Below are positions 54,003 through 64,000 of a stretch of DNA of 64,000 nt, in pieces. Both the position numbers and the translations under genes were made by a program. The notes under the pieces are model-generated. The model ran no database searches and was not told where the DNA came from. It saw nothing but the letters and a program-made list of their open reading frames with translations. Positions within the stretch are counted from its first letter, which is position 1. Every line of letters starts with the position of its first letter. Origin of the DNA: Chara braunii (taxonomy: Eukaryota; Plantae; Charophyceae); contig BFEA01000013.1 of assembly GCA_003427395.1 (NCBI GenBank), positions 6,621,038 to 6,685,037 of the forward strand. Reading direction: 5' to 3'.

Positions 54003-55503
54003 CAATGTTCAAATGTGGAAGATTCATTCGCACTTGAACGTTGAGAGAGAGAGAGAGAGAGAGAGGGCGTTAGGGAGTTTCTGAGGCCGAGTTTGGTGAG
54101 CCAAACTCGGCGTCAGAAACTCCCTGACGCCCTCCCTCTCTCTCTTGCTCTCTTTGTGGCATTCTGACACCACACGGGCCCCAGTTAGGGCCCGGTTCCG
54201 TAGTTACGCTTAGTTAGGCCTAGGGTCAGGTGTCACGTCGGTTCAGACCCGTAGGTCGGACCAGAGGCCGAGTAGGCCAACGGTCACAAGGGCCAGGACT
54301 GTACCGGTCCAACACTAGGACCTACCGACGACGGACTTTTGACGGCAGCCACATTAGGCGCCACTTTTAGATTTCGGTATCGGATATGAACCGTTGGGCT
54401 GATCAACGAACCAGACCCGAAGGTACCAGCAGCATTGAGGCCGACCCAACACTATATCAACCGGGTACCAGGCTCTGTAGGTAGGTTCGTCCAGGACAAC
54501 GTTTCGGCGTTAGAATAGCAGAGCAGCGAGGAGGATTAGCGCCAGCTCTCTGGCTCAGCTTGCAGCCCAGCGCCCAACACTGTAGCGCCATAGCTGCATC
54601 GACAGGCTCGGTCTCAACGGACATCGGTAGAGACAGCGCGGTCACTCTGGTATCAGGAAGAAAGGCTTCGCCTTTCTTCCCTCTTCCTTCTCTCCTCCTT
54701 CACCCTCTTTCTCCTCCCGCCCTCTAAGTCTGAGTGTACTTCTTGGGTTACTCCTACTGGACCACTACATGTACGAAGGATGGTTACGAGTTCTAATGAT
54801 ATCGGGGATAACAACATTGAGACTTTCAGTTCAGGACTACTTTTGGGATCCGACATTGTCTACCTCTAGAGACGTTTCTTGGCATTGGGAGATCGATATT
54901 TGGGACACTGTGAGACTGTGTTCACGACATTTCGGATTTTCGCTACTTATGGCAGTTCGAGATACTATTTTTAGAGACATTGAGTTGAACGTCATCTTTC
55001 CTCTCCTCCTTCCTTCGCCTCTCCTCCCCTCCATTCATCTGTGTATGAGATCAAACCCTGACCCTTTTCTTCCATGTCCAAGGGCAGGGCTTTCACACCA
55101 CCGATGCATGTTGTGCGGGATTCGTTGCAGTCTGAGTCAAGTTTGAGTCAATTCATGTGTATCAAGTCTTCCACTGTCATTGTATTCACTCTTTATTATC
55201 TGGTCGGTTCTGGGGATTTGTGCCATACTTATATTTGTGATCTATGCCATACTTATGTCTGTATTCACGAGTAAGCAACACTCTCTCTGTGAGTGAACCA
55301 TTCACGATAATGAATCTTGATTGATTCTCGTTGGGCATGTTTGATTTTTTATTATTATTTTTTTTGAATGTTATATGTTCTTTTTATTTTTTTAATTTTT
55401 TAAATTTTTATGTGAAGTACTACCGGTTGTCCGAGGCTCGGGAATCATCGGGCTACTTGTAGTCTGAAACTCGGACTGGATAGGTGAGCAAGGTACTGGT
55501 GGT
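52495..55503. mobile_element. ~3-kb non-autonomous TIR element, ACCACCAGTAC family, containing an N gap, foldback palindromes and a nested LTR-like fragment
   Basis: ~75-bp imperfect TIRs (52495-52569 vs ~55429-55503); flanks TAAA and TTAA. The gap means continuity between the two ends is inferred. Confidence 0.7.
54231..54656 (+). mobile_element. Putative LTR (TGTCACG...GTCA) followed by a partial iMet PBS, nested in the 52495-55503 TIR element
   Basis: TG at 54231, CA at 54643-54644, then ctc TGGTATCAG (54648-54656). Confidence 0.4.
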
Positions 55504-57539
55504 TTAAGCCCAACCAATTCAATTACCTGTCGAATCTGGACAGGACTGTCTTTCATGCCTTTTTTTATTGTCATTATAATATTACGGGGAACCCCGTAGC
55601 AGCCACATCCGTACTCAAGCCTCCAACGAGGGAACATGCGGGAGCTTCACCCACCAGCACGTGTGATACCTGCTACAACAGGTGGGCGATACCTGCCAAG
55701 GGTCAGTCGGTAGCATCAGGACCGAGCTTCTTCGATGGGTCAGTCATTGTGCCACCTTTCCGACTCCCGCTACCCTGCCCACTCCCTTTCCCAATCCCGA
55801 TCCTGTCCCCAATTGTCTTCGGATACCCCCCTCGATCCCATCCCCGTTCCCCACCCGCTGAGCCCCCCCCCGATCCTGACCAATTCCCCATTCCCCCGCC
55901 TCTCCTCCGCCGATCCCGATCCCGCCTTTCTCCGCTTTCGATTCCTACCCCCCTGTGCGCTGTCGCGCTCGGCGGTCCCACACCCAGACGTAAAGCAATT
56001 CTTGTGTCGGACCTCACGGTCACATCACGCAGGAGTCTTAAGTCACCTTAGCGAAACACCACTCCGATCGTGCGAGCGTGTTATACCTCTCGCGAATCCC
56101 TACGACAGGTCAAGGATCCCGCAAGGTACAATTTACCTCCACCTGCAGGAGTTGTCACCATCCCTTAGGTGGGCGTATCCCTGCTGAGCTACTGACCCAC
56201 GTGCGAAGACTTTTACATGCAATTGCAGACGTAGGCCAACCGATGGCGTTTTCTCGATCGTCGTAGCATAGGCATACGTGTGGTAGAATGCCTTAAGACT
56301 AACCCGTATATCGTGTACCTAAGAGCTAACTTCCTCAGACCGACTACCTAATCAGGTCGACCCTTTTTGGACAGTCTTTCACGCTTAGCTACTTATGACA
56401 ACGAGTCTACGTTCCTTGTTGACTATATAAGCAACGCCAATGTCTAGCCTCTTTTGTAATTTACCACTTTCCCAAGATCTCAACAGAATCCTAGACAATA
56501 ACCTCCCTAAGCTTGACCTAGAATATAACCTTGTTCATAGATAGACATATAAGTATATATGTATATTAGGGGAACGAATGAGTGGTAGTCCTCGCTTTCA
56601 CAATTGCGGGTCACACTGTCCAAATATCCCAGATGACTACCCAGGTTCAGAAGACAATTCACGACCCAACACCTGTACCAATGCAAGAAAGTCACATACA
56701 CGCATACAAATGCAGACACAGAATGCGCTACAAGCGTCAACCTTTATCCCATTCATAGCAAGTCCCTTACTCCCCAGAACCTTGAAAACAACACTTCTTC
56801 CTACTCCTGACTCCTTTTGCCCAGCGCCCTCACCTTTTCAAAGACCTTTGAGAGTGACCAATACAATTCAGGCTTAGACTCAGGGGAAGACCCGCCCGTT
56901 CCTTTTCCGTTTTTGTCTTAGGTGTGGGTATCATGCCATGTGGAAGTTGAGTCGAAATCCTACCGACCTGTTATCCAATGATAACAGAATTGCAGTTCCT
57001 TACGGGTTTTTCTTCCGTAATTTTCTCTAGGAGTGATGAAAACATGTAACACAGTCCGAAAAAAAAATTAACATCCCCTTTTCCCTGTACTGGGATCTAG
57101 AAGATTCCTTTTAGATTTGTGACTTAGAGATCGACGTTCATCGGTGACCCACTGTTTAACCTCTATCCTTATCTAAATGTCAGGCTATTGCCTTATGGTT
57201 TAGGCAATGAACAATAGTTCTTTGCTCGTTTTATCCAACCCAGTGATCCTATATAACTTTCTTCCGAGGATCGTTTATCAAAGTTTCTTTCTTGGTTCTT
57301 TCTTGACAAACACAAACAACATCGTCAATCCATCTTTCAAAGGAGTCATATGATAAAAATCAAATCGGAGATTCCGAGATGAAGGGATGAGTCTCTCAGG
57401 CCAAGATCCCACCATCCTTACCTCAAAAGAATCAGAAGTAGTTTGTTAGTAATTGGTTGATCCAGTTTTATTGAGTAGGTTAATAATAATATGGTAGACT
57501 GCTCGGGGATCAACCTATCTTTTACTGGGCGTCTGTTTG

Positions 57540-57955
57540 TGATAGGGAAGACCTTGTAGGGCCTCGCTTCTCCTATCACTATTTGATATCGAAACACAGC
57601 TGGCAGGCAATAAGGCAGGCTTCTAGGAACCTCGCTTCTCTTATCACCACCTCCCTTACTCGTGCCATCCAAGCGATAGGGCAGGCCTTAAGAGACCTCG
57701 CTCCTCCTATCTCTCGTTAGGATGCATGGCTGGTGGGTGATCAGACAGATTTCTCGGAGCCTCACTTCTCTTATCACCGCCCATTTTATTATTGCGGTAG
57801 GGCAGGCTTCTTGGGGCCGCACTCCTCCTATCGCTTACTTGCACTGACACACGACTGGTTTGTGATAAGGCAGGCTTCTCGGAGCCTCGATTCTCTTATC
57901 ACCGCCCGTGCCATTATTGCAATAGGGCAGGCTTCTCGAAGCCTCGCTCCTCCTT
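57540..57955. repeat. Degenerate ~60-bp tandem array (TAGGGCAGGCTTCT-N-AGCCTCGCTYCTCYTATC), ~7 copies
   Basis: Directly visible; it lies in a non-coding stretch that may be retroelement-internal sequence. Confidence 0.8.
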
Positions 57956-58895
57956 TTGCTCATTTGCAAGTTTCTCTGACGACTTTGGTCGCCTCTTTTG
58001 ACGCCTCTTGAACCTTGGGTCACTTGAAAAACTTTAAGATAATACACGTAGGCCATACGAGACCTGTGTCCCATGACTTAAAGACCTTTCGCCTAATCCT
58101 CAGCCTGTGTTAGCTTTGGATTTTTTAGAGGAGGCAGGGTTAAGTCATTGTGCAGTAAGAATAAGTTGATGCAATCCATCATTACAGTATCCGACCACAA
58201 CATGCACAAACCTTCAATCAATTGCGAACCCCTTTTATCATTTGTCAAGTGGTCTATTAAGAAAGGGGAGACTGCACGGAATCGATCCCCTTGCGGCCAC
58301 ATCCCAAAAGAAACATTCACATAGTGAGACAGTTACTCGGAGCTTCTCGTTCTCGCTATGTTTTTCAACAACAATTAGTCAAATTCAGTCAAATCTCTTT
58401 CACACAATCAATTTCCCTTCATATTCTTCATTTTTTTTATACAGGCATGATTTTTGTTCCTCTAATGGTTTAGTCCTGAAGGAATCCTGACTCAAAGTAC
58501 GCTCTCTATTATTACAAGCATAGACAATTATCTGAACGTTATAGATTAGAGATTTATAGTTAGGCTGAAGTATGCGTACCTTACTGTTCTCTGCCTCCAG
58601 AGTTCCGCCTGAACTCCGACAGAGCTCCCGCAATCGCCCTGTCACTTGGATGCGTCTAAACTGACAAAGTACGAAATTGGGGTCTCTTGTGCTTGAGATT
58701 TAATTTTCGCAAGCAATTGAGAACATCATTTTCACATTCGTTGTTAAAAAGATTGGTGTGCGAGGGGATTTAGACATAAGAAAGGCGGAGGAGGGTGAAG
58801 GAGGTAGAAGTCGCCACTCTTGACGACGATCCTCCCGTTTCTACTGGCTCGCGCCCTTCTCATCTCTGATCCCATCCTAGTATGTAATGTCAAAA

Positions 58896-58914
58896 TGATA
58901 ATAATAATAATAAT

Positions 58915-58953
<39 letters not shown>

Positions 58954-58957
58954 AATA
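58896..58957. repeat. Compound (ATA)n(ATC)n microsatellite
   Basis: Directly visible. Confidence 0.95.
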
Positions 58958-59846
58958 GTTAATAAACGAAAATGATATTCAAAGAATAATGATATTTGAT
59001 TTGGCAAAAAATATCCACATAAATTCAAAGGTATGAACCTGGCCAAAAATACAGTCGGATTCGGCTTCTCTCGAGCATGGCTATGACGTACAACGCTTAA
59101 CAAGCCTTTCACTCGATCGTTGTACCCCCAACAACTTGCTTGCACACACACACACAGTGCACTCTCATCCAACTAGGACCTACCCTGGATGTCCCTACCC
59201 CCCCCCCTATATATATACACCCTTGCTGATGTAGTGGCTATGGCCGCTCCCTCTCTCATATAGCCTACTTCGACTTCTGGCTCCTGCATACCTGCTGCCG
59301 CACGGCTCACAGGTAGAATGAATGAATGTTGACGCCTCATCTCTATTTATATCTTTGGGGTGTCGCTGATCTGGTCCTCTCTACCTAGGCCCAGGCGTGC
59401 TAAGTCCGACTTGGTACTCGCCGTCTCGAACAAGTCAACACGGAACTGGGGACTGCTGACTGGACACAGGTAGGACTGCCTACTTTAACCATTTGCCTCC
59501 AGGCTTCCTCCTAGGACTTGTGAATTGACAATTCAGAACTTCAGACCCCTTTATTCTTACACGCAGATGCCATTCGACACAAACCAACAAATCAAACCAA
59601 TGCGACCTTTCATATGTATAATGGCCCCAAAACTAACAGCTTGAGGGGCAGGTCGCAGGTTCGAGCTTAGACGAGTCACATTGTTTGGTACATGTGTTAT
59701 GGACCTCACAGTCCATCGCCAACGAGCACACACATACACATGCATCAAGCACAAGTGAGATGACACGAGCTCCACACTGGTCGCCAGGAAGATTAAAACC
59801 AGATAGCGCAACTTATTGATTCCAGCAATTATCACCAGGCAGTTAA

Positions 59847-60556
59847 ACCACCAGTACCTCCGCCAGTGTTGGGAAATTATGTTGTCCTGACCAGTACCCG
59901 AAGTTTTCGGGGATCCGACACAGGGTCGACAATGTCCCAAAAATCGTAGTTTTTTTTTGCCCGTGCACGAAAGAAAAAGGGAAAAAAAAAGGCCTTTGTA
60001 CTGCAATGATGTCGGGCAGGGTAGTCTAGGAGGCCGTGCTCACAGTCTTGAATGCATCTTACAACAAAGACGGTCACATTCTGAAACTTGTTGTTTTCAT
60101 TTTTTTTATTTCTCTTTTGTTTGTTATGTGTCCCCTGCCAACGAGGCAGGGCGGAATCCGTGATCTGCTCTAGCTGTGTTTCCTCAGATGATTGTAACCC
60201 TGATGTATCCAGCCGTTTTCAAGGCCGAATCCGTGTTTCCGTTTTTTTTTTGCTTGTTTTATTTTTCTGGAATCTGACAATATGAGTCCGTGATCTGCTC
60301 GAGCTGTGTTCCCTCAGAGCATTGTAACCCTGATCACACTGGCACTTACGGGAATGTNTCTTACCATTTTCACGGCCGAATCCATGTTCCTGTTTTTTTT
60401 TTTTTTTTTTAGTTTCTGGAATCTGACAACCGGGCCACGGGGCTGAGATGCCCTCACTGAGGGCACACTCACACTAACACTTACGAGAATGTATATAGCT
60501 GCAATCACGCCCAGAGCTTTGTTTCGTTTTCTTGTTTTGTGAGTTTTCACGACCGC

Positions 60557-60588
<32 letters not shown>

Positions 60589-60696
60589 CTTCCCGTGAGA
60601 GTACCATAAAGAAATGGAGTGGGACCCAAGCTCGGCAAAACTNGGAGCGCAATGAAAATCAGGGTCGGCAAAAACAGGCTCGGAGGTACTGGTGGT
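59847..60696. mobile_element. 850-bp non-autonomous TIR element flanked by TTAA
   Basis: Perfect 16-bp TIR ACCACCAGTACCTCCG / CGGAGGTACTGGTGGT; TTAA at 59843-59846 and 60697-60700; internal ~130-bp duplication (~60157-60281 and ~60287-60429). Confidence 0.85.
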
Positions 60697-61579
60697 TTAA
60701 GATGTCAAGTCACCGGCGTTCAGCAGTGTACATGCAGGTAACCAGTAATCAGCGTCATCACTCGGGTGTGTCCCTCGTCAGCTCTTCTCTCTCCCTCTCT
60801 GCGCCTCTCTCTTCGCGTACCTCTGTGTGAATCTGTGTCTTTGTCTGTCTATCTGTCTGTTTGTCCGTTTGTTTGTCCCTGTCTGTCCGTCTGTCTGTCT
60901 CCTCTTTTCTCGTTGTCTGTGTATGCCCGTTTGGCTCGCCGTCCCCCTCACATATTCTTTATCTTTATTTATTACTTATTTCTTCTCCTCTCCGAATCTG
61001 GCCACGAACGTGGCAGGTTTGTGACTGTGTATGTCACTGTGCCACTTTATGTCTGTTGCATGTGCATTGTTGTGTCTGTGTGTTTTTTCACAGTGTAGGC
61101 GTATGTTTTCACTGTGTACGCGTGATTGTCATAGTATCCGTGTGTGTGTGTCAATGTGACTGTGTAACTGTCACAATATATGTGCTTGTTTGTCACCGTG
61201 ACTGTATGACTGTCTGTCTACTTGTGACAATTCCACAGACAACTGTGGAGGTAAACAGACATTCATATGTCAATGATCCATCCCCAGGTTCACCTACAGA
61301 AAACTTGCTACAATGTCTTATTCTTATTAAATGATAATGTTTAATGAATTTCTCACAGCACCCCTCTTCCCCCCAATGGCAACTGCTGAGATTCCCACGG
61401 TCAAGACTTCTCACTGGACCATTCAATCGGTAGGAGTGACGGGTGATGTGTACAAGAAGCAGCGACGCAGTCAGTGAGAGCTGATTGCTCACGCTTACTA
61501 GTCATCCCTCGTTCAATATCAATACTTATAACAATCTAACAAAATACAATAAAATAAAATAAAATAAAAAATGAAATGA

Positions 61580-62560
61580 CAGATTTCAGATTGCAAAATC
61601 ACATTGAAAGTCAAGAAGTCTGACGCTGTCCGGAAAGCAAAATTGCACTGATGTAAAGGAGGACCAAAGTACTGAATCCGAATGTCAATGAGCTTACTCC
61701 CGTCATCACCAACATAAGTATCCAGAGTCCTTCCCTCTACTTGGCGCTAGGCTCATGCCTACTATCACGTATCTACCACCAGCCTGTGAATTGACAATGA
61801 AGTTATTGTTGTCAGCAACAGAACCGAAGTACTTGAAGATGTCGACCCATCCAGACCATTGCCAATATCAGGCATGTACCCTTACCTTATCATCCTCATC
61901 TCTCTCTATCTCTCCTTCTTTATATGGATGTGTCTGCTTGTCCGTTCGTTTGCTTGAGTGTCTGGCTGTGCGTCTGACTGTATATATCTCTGTGTGTCAC
62001 GTCTGTTTGTCCCTGTGCGTGTATCTGTTGTCAGTCTGTCTGCCTGTTCATGTCGTCTGTCTGTTCTTCTGACTGTCTATCTGTCTTGTGTCTTTGCTAT
62101 TTTGTTTCAGTCTGTTCCTGTCTGGTTTCTGTCTCTTGCTGTTTTTCCTCCTACTTCTTCCCCTTCTTCTCCTCTTCTTCCCTCGTATTTCTTCTCATGG
62201 CATCCCCTTTGTCTTCCTTAAACACTTCCTAGGCGAAGAAATGAGCAATAGCGAATTTCAAAAATCCAGACTGCAAATCACGTTAAATGCGAGATATTCG
62301 TAAGCTGTCCAAAAGGCACAAATGCCCTGTTGCGTCACCAAAGAGAACCAAAGCACAGAATCCAAATGTGGATGAGCTTACTTCCGTCGCCACTCGACAT
62401 AAGTATTCAGTGCCCTTCCCTCTATCTGGCGATTAGAGCTCAGCCTACTACCATGCTGCAACCTACGAACCGACTATGCAATTGTTGACACTTAGCACAA
62501 GATCCGAAGTACTTGAGGATTTCGACCCTGTAGCGCTACCGCCGATACCAGGTACATGTC
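61580..62560 (-). mobile_element. Two diverged ~300-bp copies (~61580-61880, ~62260-62560) of a LINE-like RT fragment, interleaved with TG/TC-rich low-complexity blocks
   Basis: The copies align to each other; the minus strand gives VDIFKYFGS and VEILKYFGS, resembling the VxxFKYLGS motif of non-LTR RTs. Confidence 0.45.
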
Positions 62561-63251
62561 TTTCTCCTCTGCCTTTCTATCTCCCCTTCTCAGTGTATAC
62601 TCCCCTTCTGAGTACGTGCCCCTGTGTATTGGCGTCACTGTGCATTTGTTACTTGTGCGCGTATGTTGCCATGAATATACGTGTTTCACTGTGTCTGCGT
62701 GTGTCACCGTGCAATTGTGCACCTATGTGTGTTGCTGTCACTGTGTAACAGTGCGTCTGTCATAGTGTATCTGTGTTGGTGTCACTGTGTGACCGAGTGT
62801 CTGCGGTTTTGAATCTGCGTCTTCTCTATGTATTTTACCGTGTTTGTCACAAACTATCTCATTGTGTATGTCACAGTCTATGTCATACTGTGTACGTGCA
62901 TATTCTCAATATGCATGTGTGACCGTGTATTTGTCCAATACTTATATCTGCGTGCTTCTGTCTGTCTCTCTCTCCCACATCTTCTTTTCATCTTCTTCTA
63001 CCTTGTCGCCGTTGTCGTCTGTTATCAGAGCCTGTTGCAGGCAAATTCCCTGGGACAGAGGATGATTTGCCTCCACAACCCAAAACTCAGCAGAGCAACA
63101 ATGTAACACGACCCCCCACTACGTGCAACCATAGCATGGGGACACGATAGGCAATAGTCGGGCAATAACTGGCCCCACCTCAAGATGCCATCGTCGGATG
63201 CATCATGCATCCTATATATAGTAAACGGAATAAAAAACGATAGTAGTATAA

Positions 63252-63293
<42 letters not shown>

Positions 63294-64000
63294 GCCAAAA
63301 AAATAAACAAAATAGTAATAATAGAAAAAAATGTACTACTGTGGGTAATATGAGGGTGGACGATATGCAGAAACCCAAGTTGCGAAACCACACAGATATC
63401 CAAGTAGTCGTATACATGCGGAGAGCACAATTCAATTGATAATCCACCTAAAACGGGGTAGTAGAACGAAGTAGCGAGCCAATGTCTCAGCCCGCATGCC
63501 ACACCAACAAAGTAAACCTTGTCTACCCTACTCGACTACCTTACCTACAGGCTACGACTGTGCTTACTTCGACTATTGAAGACCAAATATACAAGATATC
63601 AGCACCATAGCCGACCTATCTTCATGCATGAGGTACGTATCTCATCACCCTCATCAGACCTCGACTTCCCTGCCAGACGTAGCCGCAATACGTTTCTGAA
63701 TGTACCCGGTCGTGGTCCGTGATCGGGTTGCTTTGATCCGACGCATTGAGCCTTTTCCATTTCCCCTTCTTCTGACTCTTCCCCTACTTACATTCCCTCA
63801 CGCACACACACACACACACACACACTTGCTCATTTCGTGATCCAACATAAGATTCATTAGAGTTGTCAGTGGAAATACCACGACACACTCACACACACAT
63901 AAACAGATAAGCGTGGCAGCGTATATTTTCATGTACTGGCCATAGATTCACTCGACCTTTTCCCATCCTAACAATGGAAGTGCCATGTGGTCTGCCGCTC

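Overview
Eukaryotic, repeat-dense plant-type genomic DNA with two assembly gaps (1947-2059, 52786-53703). The protein, long intron and repeat landscape suggest a streptophyte, possibly a charophyte alga such as Chara; this is inference only. One intact host gene is supported: an ANP32-family LRR plus acidic-tail protein on the minus strand (exon 1 28171-27014, 6365-bp phase-0 GT-AG intron, exon 2 20648-20403, about 467 aa). The rest is mostly transposon debris and repeats. (i) At least six non-autonomous elements with ACCACCAGTAC terminal inverted repeats, most with TTAA or a near variant on their flanks. (ii) Two homologous ~81-bp satellite arrays (~37790-40635 and ~41735-44340) in opposite orientation around a ~1.1-kb spacer that contains a multi-stem foldable segment; the monomer palindrome differs between the arrays by a compensatory pair. 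(iii) Decayed reverse-transcriptase remnants, Penelope-like and LINE-like, all on the minus strand. (iv) LTR/PBS remnants, a dispersed modular repeat, minisatellites and microsatellites. No rRNA, tRNA or CRISPR array is supported, and most short ORFs in the track look spurious.
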